A stretch of DNA of 64,000 nt from Patescibacteria group bacterium. GTDB lineage: Bacteria; Patescibacteriota; Patescibacteriia; UBA1558; GWA2-36-10. Within the stretch, counting starts at the first letter, position 1, and each line of letters opens with the position of its first letter. The position numbers and the translations under genes are program-made. Location: the NCBI GenBank assembly GCA_041650755.1, contig JBAZKN010000001.1, positions 314,309 through 378,308 on the forward strand, given 5' to 3'. Shown one piece after another: positions 8,573-20,400 of the stretch. The notes below the pieces were generated by a model. That model was not told where the DNA came from and did not search any database. It saw nothing but the letters and a program-made list of their open reading frames with translations.

Positions 8573-8935
8573 TTATTTGCAAATTTGTTGAATCAAAATT
8601 TCCCGCTTTTGCGGATCACACAAGGTCTCGATCACTGAAGAAGTCTGACTATCGTTCAATTGGCTGACATTCGTGTTATTTCCCATAGTTTGATCTTGAG
8701 CCAGATCCAATTTCAATAACTTCAAGGCGGGCTGTAAATAAGCGGCGTACTGCTTAACATAAGGAGAAATATAGATGACACCAAAGACAATCGGCACCAC
8801 TATCACTATCCACTTAATAATGTTCATGGTCGTGCCCCAGAAAAAATGGCGCTCTATCTTACGCAAACGCTTATCCAATATTTCTAGGCTGGCTTGATTT
8901 CTTTCTAAAAGATCACGAAGAGGATCATTTTCCAT
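8573..8935 (-). CDS. hypothetical small membrane protein
   Basis: 120 aa with one transmembrane helix. Its ATG overlaps the nrdR stop codon (ATGGAAAATGA). Confidence 0.4.
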   Translation of the reverse strand: MENDPLRDLLERNQASLEILDKRLRKIERHFFWGTTMNIIKWIVIVVPIVFGVIYISPYVKQYAAYLQPALKLLKLDLAQDQTMGNNTNVSQLNDSQTSSVIETLCDPQKREILIQQICK

Positions 8936-9425
8936 ATTTTTTTCGTCTTATCTTTTTTGGTTTATTTCTCTTGTTTTGCTTGAGCAAATGTTGCAGCTCG
9001 GCCTGAAAAGTTTTTGCATCCTTAAATGATCGATAAACTGAAGCATAGCGAATATAAGCCACCTGGTCAAAGGCGCGCAAGCGCCTCATAACAATCTCGC
9101 CAATATCGTGAGAAGTAATCTCGCTACGGCTTGTTTTTTGAATGTCGCGCTCTATTTCTCGTATTAACCTCTGAAAATTATCTTCAAGATAGGGGCGTTT
9201 TTCCAAAGAAGTGCGCAAACCGCGCATCAATTTTTCACGGCTATAATTTTCTCGACGGCCGTCACGCTTGATTACCACCAAATCCAGGATCTCAATCTCC
9301 TCCAAAGTGGAAAAACGGTAGTGGCATTTTTCACACAGACGCCGGCGCCTAATGCTAAAACCCTCGCCACTTAAACGAGAGTCTATCACTTTGGTATCAA
9401 GTTTATTGCAAACTGGACAATTCAT
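8925..9425 (-). CDS. nrdR: transcriptional repressor NrdR
   Basis: 166 aa. Zinc ribbon CPVC..CEKC followed by an ATP-cone. The N-terminus MNCPVCNKLDTKVIDSR is typical. Ends with a TGA stop. Confidence 0.9.
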   Translation of the reverse strand: MNCPVCNKLDTKVIDSRLSGEGFSIRRRRLCEKCHYRFSTLEEIEILDLVVIKRDGRRENYSREKLMRGLRTSLEKRPYLEDNFQRLIREIERDIQKTSRSEITSHDIGEIVMRRLRAFDQVAYIRYASVYRSFKDAKTFQAELQHLLKQNKRNKPKKIRRKKYGK

Positions 9426-9440
9426 TCTATGCTCTGTTCA

Positions 9441-10616
9441 CTAACGATCTTTTATTTTTTTCCTCAAGAAAGCCGGGATATCAAGCTCCTCTTCCTCCTT
9501 GGTCTTAGGCACCAGCTCTAGCTCTTCTTCTGGCTCGGATTTCTTCTCAAATGCTCGACGCACTGTTCTATCTTCGACAGTTTTAGTAAAAGCCTCCGGA
9601 TAAGCCGTATTCATGGCTTGGCGAGGAATTTCTCCTTTAGTTTCAACATTTTTCTTAAAACCAGTAGCAATCACGGTAACTTTGACTTCGTCGCCTAAAG
9701 ATTCGTCAATCACTGCGCCAAAAATAATCTTGGCCTCTGGGTCACAATGAGCAGTAATCACTTCAGCTGCTTCGGAAACTTCAAACATAGTCAAATTTGA
9801 ACTGCCGGTAATAGTAAACAAAACGCCAGTAGCGCCATTGATCGACAATTCAAGTAAAGGACTGTCAATGGCGGCTTTGGCTGCTTCTTTGGCCCTATCC
9901 TCTCCACTAGCCTTACCAATACCCATCAAAGCCGAACCGGCTTGCCTCATAATGGCTTTGACATCGGCAAAATCAACGTTGACTAGGCCCGGTACAGTGA
10001 TCACTTCGGAAATGCCTTGGACGCCCTGTTTTAGCACCTCATCAACTATAGAAAAAGCATCCAATAAAGAGGTTTTTTTATCAATAATCTGTAAAAGTCT
10101 ATCATTGGGGATAGTAATAATAGTGTCTACCTTATCGATTAATCTATCCAAACCCCGCTCAGCAATATCGCGGCGTTGCACACCCTCAAAAGTAAAAGGC
10201 TTGGTCACCACAGCTACTGTTAAAGCGCCCAATTCTCTGGCAATATCAGCAATCACCGGTGCCCCGCCAGTACCAGTGCCGCCACCCAAACCACAAGTAA
10301 TAAAAACCATATCAGCCCCGGACAAGGCGGACATAATATCCTGCTCATTTTCTTCAGCGCTCTTCAAGCCCAAATCAGGATCCATGCCGGCTCCCAGGCC
10401 CCTGGTGGTATTACGACCAATATGTATCTTGTTGCCAGCTTGCGAATGGTGCAAGGCTTGAGCATCAGTATTGACGGCCACAAATTCTACGCCTCTAATC
10501 TTGGCGCTAATCATGCGATTGACTGCCGAATTGCCAGAACCGCCTATACCAACTACTTTGATATTGGCAAAAGTCTCAACCGGTGGCAAAACTTCTTTTA
10601 TGTTTTTCTTCAGCAT
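9441..10616 (-). CDS. ftsZ: cell division protein FtsZ
   Basis: 391 aa. Tubulin signature GGGTGTG and N-terminal NTDAQAL. Confidence 0.95.
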   Translation of the reverse strand: MLKKNIKEVLPPVETFANIKVVGIGGSGNSAVNRMISAKIRGVEFVAVNTDAQALHHSQAGNKIHIGRNTTRGLGAGMDPDLGLKSAEENEQDIMSALSGADMVFITCGLGGGTGTGGAPVIADIARELGALTVAVVTKPFTFEGVQRRDIAERGLDRLIDKVDTIITIPNDRLLQIIDKKTSLLDAFSIVDEVLKQGVQGISEVITVPGLVNVDFADVKAIMRQAGSALMGIGKASGEDRAKEAAKAAIDSPLLELSINGATGVLFTITGSSNLTMFEVSEAAEVITAHCDPEAKIIFGAVIDESLGDEVKVTVIATGFKKNVETKGEIPRQAMNTAYPEAFTKTVEDRTVRRAFEKKSEPEEELELVPKTKEEEELDIPAFLRKKIKDR

Positions 10617-10642
10617 GCACTTTATATTTAACTAGTACTAAT

Positions 10643-11887
10643 TTATGAGGGCCAAATAGACTTAAAAATATTTTTTGTTTTATTGCCAAGTTTCTTAAAA
10701 ATATCTGCCCCAGGCAAATAAGCGGCTTTTTCCATATTCCTATCAGCCCAAATCACCAAGCCTAAAGCCGTAGTATACTCCGGATCATTTAGTTTATCAA
10801 TAGGAAAATCGTGATTTACCGGCAAGCCTAAAAATACCGGTAGATCAAATACCTGCTTAGCTAAATCTACAATCAAAGATAATTTTGAACCACCACCAGT
10901 CAAGATAATGCCGGCTGGCAACTTACCGGCCCGATCAATTTTCTTTAGTTCTTCGTTGACCAGCTCAAAAATTTCTGACATCCTGGCCTCGGCAATGGTA
11001 GCAATATCTCGTTTATAAACGAAAGTGCCTTTTTTCTCGTCCTCTGAATACTTATGCAAATCAACCTCGTCCCGCTTTGATATATCGCCAACTATAGCTT
11101 GAGCATGATCAAGCTTTACTGCTTCCGCCGTCATCACTGAGGTCTTGAGGCCGATGGCCAGATCATTGGTGATATGACCGGCGCCAACTGGCAAAACAGC
11201 CGTATGTAAAATATTCCCCTCTTCAAAAACCGCCAAGGAGGTGGTCGAAGCGCCAATATTGACTACAGCCACGCCCAACTCTTTTTGCTTGTTGGTCAAA
11301 ACCGCTTCGGCGGTTGCCAAAATAGAAAAAACAATATACTCAATATCAACGCCCGTGCGATAAATACATTTAGTCAAATTTTTGACTTGCGCTGACATGG
11401 CCATCACCACCTGAGTCTCTACTTCCAATCTAACGCCTGTCATGCCTATTGGCTCCCTGATGTTTTTTTGGTTATCAAGATTGTAGCTAATTGGCAAAAC
11501 ATGCAAAATCTCATAATTGGGCATAATGGTAGTGCTTTCAGCTACCTCTAAAGCACGCTCAATATCAGAGTTTTCCACTTGTTCATTGGCCTTGGCAACA
11601 GCCACTACTCCCCTACTATTGACAGTCTTGATGTGCGTACCGGAAATACCTACTACAATTCTATCAATCCGGGTGGCTGTCATGCGTTCGCATTTCTCTA
11701 AAGCTTCGGCAATACTGGAAACCGCCTCTTCAATAGAATTGATACTGCCGCGGGTAATACCGGTCGCCGGTGTCTCGGCCACGCCGATAATCTTCAAACG
11801 CCCATCACCCAAGCGCTGGCCCATAACCACCCTGATCGCCTGTGTGCCGATGTCTAAACCAGTAATAATGTCTTTGCTTTTGGCCAT
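10643..11887 (-). CDS. ftsA: cell division protein FtsA
   Basis: 414 aa actin-like ATPase. Contains GLDIGT and ILTGGGS. Sits immediately upstream of ftsZ. Confidence 0.9.
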   Translation of the reverse strand: MAKSKDIITGLDIGTQAIRVVMGQRLGDGRLKIIGVAETPATGITRGSINSIEEAVSSIAEALEKCERMTATRIDRIVVGISGTHIKTVNSRGVVAVAKANEQVENSDIERALEVAESTTIMPNYEILHVLPISYNLDNQKNIREPIGMTGVRLEVETQVVMAMSAQVKNLTKCIYRTGVDIEYIVFSILATAEAVLTNKQKELGVAVVNIGASTTSLAVFEEGNILHTAVLPVGAGHITNDLAIGLKTSVMTAEAVKLDHAQAIVGDISKRDEVDLHKYSEDEKKGTFVYKRDIATIAEARMSEIFELVNEELKKIDRAGKLPAGIILTGGGSKLSLIVDLAKQVFDLPVFLGLPVNHDFPIDKLNDPEYTTALGLVIWADRNMEKAAYLPGADIFKKLGNKTKNIFKSIWPS

Positions 11888-11966
11888 CTAAAAAATTATT
11901 ATTATGATACTTAATTATAACTAAATTAAACTAATTTGCCAAATTGATTGATAATACACTTTTGTC

Positions 11967-12305
11967 TTATTTCCAAAAAATAATCAAACCAATCACTACT
12001 GCAAAACCAGCCACCAATAATACCATGCCAGCCAATAAGTCCTTGATTTCTTTAGCAAAATTATGGGTTTTGGGCGCCAGCATATCTACCAGACGTTCAA
12101 TAGCTGCATTGAATATCTCTAAAGCTAAAATCAGGGCGATCACCAATAAAAGAGCTATCCACAAAGTACGGCTCAAACCATAAAATCCAGCAAATAAAAT
12201 AACCGCTAAAGCAAAACAAAGGTGAATTCGAAAATTACGCTCACTGCTAATCATGATTTTTAAGCCGTGCCAAGCAAATTTAAAACTTCGCCACCATCTA
12301 GCCAT
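11967..12305 (-). CDS. dgkA: diacylglycerol kinase / undecaprenol kinase family (DAGK_prokar)
   Basis: 112 aa with 3 transmembrane helices. Conserved EIFNAAIE..VD segment. Confidence 0.7.
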   Translation of the reverse strand: MARWWRSFKFAWHGLKIMISSERNFRIHLCFALAVILFAGFYGLSRTLWIALLLVIALILALEIFNAAIERLVDMLAPKTHNFAKEIKDLLAGMVLLVAGFAVVIGLIIFWK

Positions 12306-12308
12306 AAA

Positions 12309-12710
12309 TTAATTTAATAATTTTAAAATTTTCGCCTCCCAATCGCTTTGTTTTTTAAATTGTGCCTTATTGCGTTCATGATCAAAACCCAATAAATGTA
12401 GGATCCCATGAATGGTTAGGATTTTCAGCTCTTTACTGAGGCTGTGCTGCTGCTGAATCGCCTGCCTTTTGGCTTGAGTTGGACAAATGACCACTTCCCC
12501 CAAAAAATTTTTATCTTGCCAGGCAAAGGATAAAACATCTGTCACTTTATTATGCCGCCGATAAACTTTATTTAAAGATCTGATTTCTTTATCTGACACC
12601 AGAGCCAAGGAAACATCTTTTTCAACCTTAAACTGCCGACGGATAATCTTTCCCAATTTTTTTACCCATGATAAATCCGCTCGCCAGCCCCGCTTGTTGA
12701 CATATATCAT
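12309..12710 (-). CDS. ybeY: rRNA maturation endoribonuclease YbeY
   Basis: 133 aa. Zinc-binding motif HGILHLLGFDHE. Confidence 0.85.
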   Translation of the reverse strand: MIYVNKRGWRADLSWVKKLGKIIRRQFKVEKDVSLALVSDKEIRSLNKVYRRHNKVTDVLSFAWQDKNFLGEVVICPTQAKRQAIQQQHSLSKELKILTIHGILHLLGFDHERNKAQFKKQSDWEAKILKLLN

Positions 12711-13688
12711 CTATTTTACCATTAATTTAAAACTGCCCAATATCATATTGAAAGTCGCCATAAAGTTCCTATCAGCCGTTGTATCGTAAATAATGGTGTA
12801 GACATTATCATAAGTCACCAATAGAACCTGCCGACCATCTTGGCTGCGCAAAGCTGGCCGACTAGCCACGCTAAAATTCTCCATATCCTGATTATTGCTG
12901 TATAAAGTCTTCCGCCAATCTGCCAGCTCCAAATGCTCTGTATTGGGTACCACACTAATATCCATAGTTTCACCAGTGCCAGCATCAGATATCAGGCTCA
13001 CTTGGCTGCGATCTTCATTTAAGCTCTTTACTAGCCAGGCTTTAGGATACAATAATTCATAACTAAAGCTACTATTAGTATATTTGCTGACCAAACCGGA
13101 ATCGGATAATCTGCCACCGCTTACCAAAGGATTATATAAGCTGACTATCTCCTGCCCGTCCGAATATCCATCTTTATCAGTATCGGCCACTTGAGAGTCA
13201 GTCTTATACAGCGTCTCCTCTAAATCAGTCAGGCCATCATTATCAATATCAAGATTGACGATAATTGGTGTTTGATTGGTATTGTCATTTATATTGACGC
13301 TAAAATTGCCGTTCTGGTTGCCATTTTTATTATTGCTCTCATTTAGATTTTCATTGATGTTTGCCTTGCTATTATTCACATTACTATCAACATTTGTGTT
13401 AGCATTGGTGGTAGTATTGTCAGTTGGGGTGGTGTTTTCTGGCTTTATTTGATATTTAGTCAAAAACCAAAGACTGCCGCCAACCAACAAACCTAAAAAT
13501 ATCACTAACAAAACCAAAGCCAGGGCTCCTCGCTTGGCTGGATTAGCGGCCGGTGCTTTGACAGCCACAAACTTATTGGGCATCACATAAACGTCGTCTT
13601 CTTTGAGGCTATATTTTTCTATACTTGGTTCGGTATTTGGTGGGGCTGTCTTTTTTTCTATTTTAGCCGGTTTTTTACCAAATATCAT
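12711..13688 (-). CDS. membrane-anchored protein with an Asn-rich low-complexity region and thrombospondin-type-3-like Ca-binding repeats
   Basis: 325 aa. Transmembrane helix LALVLLVIFLGLLVGG. DxDxDG-like repeats DIDNDGLTDLEE and DTDKDGYSDGQE. Confidence 0.5.
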   Translation of the reverse strand: MIFGKKPAKIEKKTAPPNTEPSIEKYSLKEDDVYVMPNKFVAVKAPAANPAKRGALALVLLVIFLGLLVGGSLWFLTKYQIKPENTTPTDNTTTNANTNVDSNVNNSKANINENLNESNNKNGNQNGNFSVNINDNTNQTPIIVNLDIDNDGLTDLEETLYKTDSQVADTDKDGYSDGQEIVSLYNPLVSGGRLSDSGLVSKYTNSSFSYELLYPKAWLVKSLNEDRSQVSLISDAGTGETMDISVVPNTEHLELADWRKTLYSNNQDMENFSVASRPALRSQDGRQVLLVTYDNVYTIIYDTTADRNFMATFNMILGSFKLMVK

Positions 13689-13691
13689 ACT

Positions 13692-14459
13692 TTAATTATT
13701 GATATTCAAATCAATCGGCATAGTGCTAGTGGATAATTTACCAGCACCAAGTGGACTGAAACCATTTTTCACCTCTGTACCATCTGGATAGCTATCGCCA
13801 TCAGTATCGCCAATCAAAGGATCAGTCTGCCATATTTCTACTTCCTCGCTGTCGGACAAGCCATCGCCATCAGTATCGCCAATCAATGGATTAGTCTTAT
13901 AAACCTTCGCTTCATCGCGGTCAGACAGACTATCATTATCTGTGTCTGGATTTAGCGCATCAGTTTTGAGATCTGTTTCCTCAACATCAGTCAAACCATC
14001 GGAATCAGAATCAGACACATCTGCCGGCGTATTGGTATTTTGGCCAATATTGTTTTCTGGATTTAAATTGGTGTTTAATACCGGCGTATTGGTATTGGTA
14101 GTGAGGCTGGGCGCTTTTTTCATGACCAAAAAATAATAAGCAGCTGCTCCGCCGGCCAAAACCAGCAAAACCACTACCAAAATCACCACTAATCTAGCTG
14201 TCTTGCCGCCTTTGGCATCGGTCACCAACATTTGCTCTGGCGTAAAATTTCCAGTAGTCACATTTGGCGACCAGGCAGTATTGGGCACCGGCTTCATTTT
14301 ACCTGACTGCACAGCGCTAGCTTTGTCGGCTGTCGGCATTTGATTATTTGTATCAACATCAGCAAACATATCAGTCACTGGTTGGGGAGTGGCTGGAGCT
14401 TGGGTGTTGCCTTGGGGTACGCCAGCATTGGGCGCATTCTGTTTTAAGTCATCAAACAT
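13692..14459 (-). CDS. membrane-anchored protein with four thrombospondin-type-3-like Ca-binding repeats
   Basis: 255 aa. One transmembrane helix, then DSDSDGLTDVEE, DTDNDSLSDRDE, DTDGDGLSDSEE and DTDGDSYPDGTE. Paralogous to the protein at 12711-13688. Confidence 0.55.
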   Translation of the reverse strand: MFDDLKQNAPNAGVPQGNTQAPATPQPVTDMFADVDTNNQMPTADKASAVQSGKMKPVPNTAWSPNVTTGNFTPEQMLVTDAKGGKTARLVVILVVVLLVLAGGAAAYYFLVMKKAPSLTTNTNTPVLNTNLNPENNIGQNTNTPADVSDSDSDGLTDVEETDLKTDALNPDTDNDSLSDRDEAKVYKTNPLIGDTDGDGLSDSEEVEIWQTDPLIGDTDGDSYPDGTEVKNGFSPLGAGKLSTSTMPIDLNINN

Positions 14460-14488
14460 ACATTTTACTTATTGATTAATAAAAATAA

Positions 14489-17400
14489 TTAATTATTGGG
14501 TAAAGTGCAATCCATAATACCATCGCCATTGCCATCGCAAAAAGCAGAATTTACTATGCGCATAATATTTGTATCCCAGCCAGTATTGTCGGTGATTAGG
14601 CTACCGCCTGTATCGTTGGCCACATTGGTAGCCGCTTCGACTGCCGGAGTATAGGTATTAAAGAAAACCGGACTAATATGGATATTATTATCAATTGCAT
14701 TTTGCACGGCATCATACAACCAACCGCTAGTCACGCCCGGACCGTAGTTGTCGTCATTGGTAAATATAGTGCTGTTGCCGCCACACCAGGCATACTCATC
14801 GCTGACCGGCACTATAATACGTTGATAATCATTTATCCATTGATAAGCTTCGGCTATCTTAGCAGTGGCATAAGCCCAATTTTCTATATTGCCGGCATAT
14901 TCATCCTGCACCACACAATTGCCAGTTGCCGGATAAGTCATGTCTGTACAATTATTAGCTACTACCGTTGAGGCAATATCATTGGTACTAGCATCATAAA
15001 AACTTCTGACCCTAATTACATTTGGTGCATTGACAGTCGGCAAAGTACAATTTGGCACCAAAGTATTAAAAGTAGTAACAGATCCTGGTAATTGGATGGT
15101 ATTATAATAAAAATATTGCGGGCAATCTGTGCCATCGATATCCAACTCATTGACTGTAAAAATAGTGTCAATATTGTCGGCCATACTAGGCGTCAAATTA
15201 TTACTGGGGCTATCGCCTAAAGGCATTATAGTGAGGCGAAAATTGACATTATTATTCTGCAAACTGTTGATCACTGAACTCAAAGAGTCGCAAAATTGAT
15301 CGGCAGCCGTGGACATACTGGCCGACATATCAAAAATAAACACCGCATCCACTCTTTTTTCTATAGTGCCAGAACCATAATCACAAGCCTCGCCATAAGA
15401 GCTCTCCACCGTACCATTACCGCACCAGCCGCCGCTAGTCTGACAGCTGTTATCACAAACATATTGGCTAGTCTGTGAAGATTGGTCTGGTGAAATAGAA
15501 TAATTTAATGAATCACACACTTCGCCGGCATTAATGGTGCTATTTTGGCCATTTTCCACCGTCCCATTACCGCACCAGCCGCCGCTAGTGGGTGTGCAGC
15601 GATCATTAGTCGCATCGCTGGTCATGCGGCAAGCATACTGATTATCGACATTGGATTGGGCTGGAGTAGGTCGAATAGCTAAATTAGTATCACAAATTTC
15701 TCCGAAATTACTCTGAACAGTGCGATCTCCGCAATAAGGCTGACTGACAAAATCACAGGCTTGAGAACAAGTGTAGGCTGCATTCGGTATTGGCGCTGGC
15801 TCACCAGTAGCTTGATTGGTGTCTGGTGTTATATAGCTGGCATAATCACATCGCTCTGCCTGCACGCAAACACCGCTACCACACTGACTACTGTTTGTAC
15901 AGGCTTGACTAGGATTATTACTACAAATACTAAAATCTTGAATAATACCATCACCGCATTTTCCTTGATAGGGGGTACTTATATCTACATCGCAAACAAC
16001 ACGACAAGTATTATTACAACGAGCATTACCATTTAAAGTGCAATCCCAATTGGCCAAACCGCTGGGGTTTGCTGAACCGTCACATTGCTCTACCCCCTGA
16101 GCCCAGACACCATCACCACAGGCAGCCGCCGGATAATTTGAACCCAAAAGCGTACAAGTGGGCTGACAAGAATTAGTTGGGCAAGTCAAAGTATAGCCAG
16201 TGCCACAACTATAAACGACATTATTATAAGTAATGACGCCATTAACTGATTCGCAACGTTCATAAGCCGTTTCCAGACTATTGTCTCGGCAATAACCGCC
16301 GCATTGACTTTCTGTCAATGGTGTAAGTGGCGCATACCATCTGCACTCAATCAGTGCGCCAGTGTCGCTCAAAGTGCCGGGCGGATTGCAACCAAATTTT
16401 TGCTCATTCCACCAATCATGGTTACCTAAATCAGGCGTGGCATCGCATCTATAATCCAAATAACCGCCGTCACATTCTTCCCCGCTATCTATGATGCCAT
16501 TGCCACAACTGGGATTACTGATATTAGCACCAGTACCATTACAAATATTATCTAAAGTGGCGCTCAATGGACTCAATAGACCACGCACACTAGTACCAGT
16601 ATTGACCAGACTACTGGCAAAAGTAATGCCTGCCCAAGCCTGACTATCATATTCAAAATTGGCTGCCAAATTATAGCCACTGCCAGTATCATTGCGCTTA
16701 TAATAATACAATAGTGAATCGGCTGGGCAATTAAAAGTAAGTGTAGACTCATTCCAACAAGTGTCCGGATCAAAGCCGTCCGCCGAGCAACCGTTAAATT
16801 GATTGATGGGGTCAACTGGCAAACTTTGGCTAGCTAAAGTCGAACCAAAGGTTTCCTGCCAAGATGGCCATTTGCTATTTGACTGGCCCCTGACAAAACT
16901 GCCGGCATTGAGCATGGGATAATAAGGCACGCAAGTCCCATTGCTTGGGCACTGACTATTGGTCACACAACTAATCTGAGCATTGGTACTACAAGCCTTA
17001 TGGGCCACACCATAGTTATCCAATGACTTTTTGATTGATAAAAGATCCCCCAAACGTTTGGTATCGCGCCGTAATTTTAATCCCCTAGAATCACAAGAAT
17101 AAGAACTACCTGATCGCACGCAATCAAAATTACTACTGCAAGTCTGGGTAGATAATACACCATCAAAACTGCAAAGGTTGCTTTGGCCGGTAGTAATATT
17201 TATATTCAGTTTAAAGTTGCCTAGAATCTGATTGACAATTTCTTGAGTATAAGGTCTAGCGCCGACATTATAAGATATAAGATATATATTTGTATACAAT
17301 AACCCACCTGACAGATTAGTGGCTGCAATATAAGTGGTATTACCAACCTGTAAAGCCGGGTAGCCATCAACTTCTATCAAGTTACCAGTTTGATTTGGAT

Positions 17401-20400
17401 TGGGGGCGTGCTGCCTATACCAATCACTGACTGACAAGTGTTCTGGATTGCCCATCACCCTGATACCGATAATGTCGATGCCAGATTGATCAGAGGCTAT
17501 GGAGACGGCTATTGATGCGCCCCAGAAAATAACTGATGTTTGTGAACTGGTAGCCCCCACCCTATAAGCATAATTAACATCAACTTGAATACTTCGATCT
17601 ATATAACTAGTCGAATCAGCCGGTAAGGCTACGGTAACTATTTCGCCGGTATTTACCTCTCGCCTTTCAACAACAAAACCGCTCTCTTGGTGCGTGCCGC
17701 CAGAAACATCTGTCCAAGTCAAAGATATGCCGCTAGCTGTAGCCGAAACTGCTGTCAAATTGGTAGGCGCTGAAGGGCTATTGACCGGCAAGCTCTCCTG
17801 GCTAAGCGCTCGAGGAGTAAATATCTTGGATAAAAATTTCAACCAATTTTTACCGTTTTCTTTTAACTGGCTCTTTGATTCAGCCAAAGCCAAACTGCCG
17901 AATAAATTACCGGCCCGCATAGTAATAGACGGATTAACAGTGAAAATAAATTCACCATCGGGCAAAACACCAACCGGATTGGGGCTAGTAGGCAAAGGCA
18001 CATTTAAGCTGGGCAGAACCGTTTCATCATTGATCCCGGAATTCTGACAATAATAAGTAGAAAAATTATAATTATAAGAGCCTGTATAAGGTGCCCAGGG
18101 AAAAGCATTGAGATCTGGCCAGGGATTCTCACATAAAAATATGGTGATATTTGCGCTCACTGAAACCTGGCCTAAATTGATTTGATCAGACAGGTCTCCG
18201 TCTACAATATCGACTAGCAAAACTTCATCACCATTTTTATTTACTACGGTAGCAACCAAAGTATCAACATTATTACCAAATACTAAATCTAATAAATTAT
18301 TGGGGGCGACATTTCTTGTACGCCAAGTAAAGTCTAAACCAGTAGAACTTAATTGCGTACCGCGCACATCATATGCCTTGGCCAAATATTGATGCTGATT
18401 ACCGTCGGCGCTAATTGGCATCACATCTCCCGGGCAACGATTATGCGCACAGGTGATAATATCCGAACTTGGATCAATGGTGGCATAGCTGATGCGGCAT
18501 ACTTCTGTGCCGGTAGAAAATGTCCAAGAAAATTCAGCCGCCATATTCACATTTTCGATGCTAACTACTGTGTTGGCCACCACTGCTCGGTATGTTCTAT
18601 TTGGCTGCAAATAGGGGCGGGGGTTAAAAACTGCCGTAGTGCGACCAGCCGCACTGCTGACAGATAAATAGCCGTCAACAGCCACTGGATTAGCCGCATT
18701 ACTAATGTCATAAACTTTGATACCATCACGCAAAGACTGGGTATTCATTAATTCGGTGAATGTCACACTAATAGCCACGTTGAGACACTGATTAATACTG
18801 CCTTGAGGCGGATGATATTCATAAATCTCTGGAGCCGCGCCTTGATATAAAGATACCGACAAAAGATCATTGCTATTCGACGTGACACCTAGATCTGTCA
18901 CGCGCACAGTGACATCGGTATTGTCGCCGTTATTTGCTCCGGGGGAAATAGTTACATAGGGTCTGGCTATATTATTTGGGCTCACCGTAGCCACAGTATG
19001 ATCAATTGTATCCCAAGCATAGCTGCAGTTTTGACAATCTATCGGAATATTGGTACAAGCTTCATTACTGCCAAAAGTCAAAGCCTCATAAAGAATAGAT
19101 TGGTTGCGACGAGTAGCCACAAAACCATAATCTGGTTCACGCTCCGGCACCACATCAACACTTGATACTACACAATCAGCCGGATTGCTGGCCATAGAAA
19201 ATGTTCGTTCAAAGTTGCTGCCCAAAGTAGCCCCAGAAATGCTAGATACTGCGCCATTAACCGTCAAAGTATAAGTCTGCCCTAAATCAAACGGATAATG
19301 ACCGACGATCACGCTTCGGTCACCATTCATCTGTGGCAAACTACCATCTGATATTAAATTACCACTGGAATCTGTAATACGAAAATTGGTTGGTGTCACC
19401 GAGCCAGTGCTCAAGGGACTGCTAAAATCTACCCTGACCTGTGAGTTTATACAGGCGCCATTACAATTTGGCCACCAGTTGATTACTGATAAGCTGCCGA
19501 CATATAATGTATAATCAATATTCAAAATGGCCTGACCAGTAGCACTGTTGCCAGACTGATCCACCCGACAGCTGATATTGGTACTGCCAGTAAGATTGGT
19601 GGTACTGCCAGTACTAATAGCATTGACCGATTGTGTACCAGTGCCTACAGTAGCTATACTGGGCTGGCTAGATGACCAATTCCACTGACAATTAGTGCAA
19701 CTCAACGGCTGACCGCCACAGATATCTGGATCAGATAATGGCGTGGCTGAAAAACCAACCAGTTGGTTTGTCCTGGTAGCTGTAGCAGTACTAGGTATAA
19801 GTTCTACGCTTTGAAATTGACAATTTTCATTGCCAACCGTAAAAGTCCAGGTGTAAGGTTCATCAAAACCATCATTATAAATATTTTGCAAACCAGTCAA
19901 TATGCTCACTTGATAAGTATCCCCTAGAGTTAAATTGCCGTTATAATTCAATACCACCGAATTATCAGACCGATTCCAATCTAAACCAGTGATAGCCACC
20001 GTATTATTGTCTGTATCGCGAATAGCAAAGTTAGCGGGCAAAACTGTTGCCTCCAATAAAGCTGAATTAAAACGCACACCAATCTGGGGATTGTTGCAAG
20101 AATCAGTGCAGCTTGGCCACTGATCAGAAACATTAAGCTCGGTAATGGGAGCCGCTTGAGTGGTGATCCGCCAGCCATAAGTACAGCTTCTAATTGTTTC
20201 GCAGGAATCAGCGCAATAATTACCCACATCCCTGGGACAACAGGTACTATAACCCAAAGCCTGACAATCAGAGTCTCTGCCGCAACTGCCAACACTAAAA
20301 TTCAAGGAATTACTGCTAGTAGCTGTCGATAATGCCCTAACTGGGCCACTTCGAGCATTTTCAGGTACCCGCGTCCTAATTTGGGAGTCTATCCAAAAGC

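Noticed and set aside
8925-9425. Alternative genetic code with UGA reassigned, as in some CPR lineages
   Set aside because: nrdR ends in TGA and overlaps the next gene's ATG in the standard way. All conserved genes are intact under code 11. RF2 is present.
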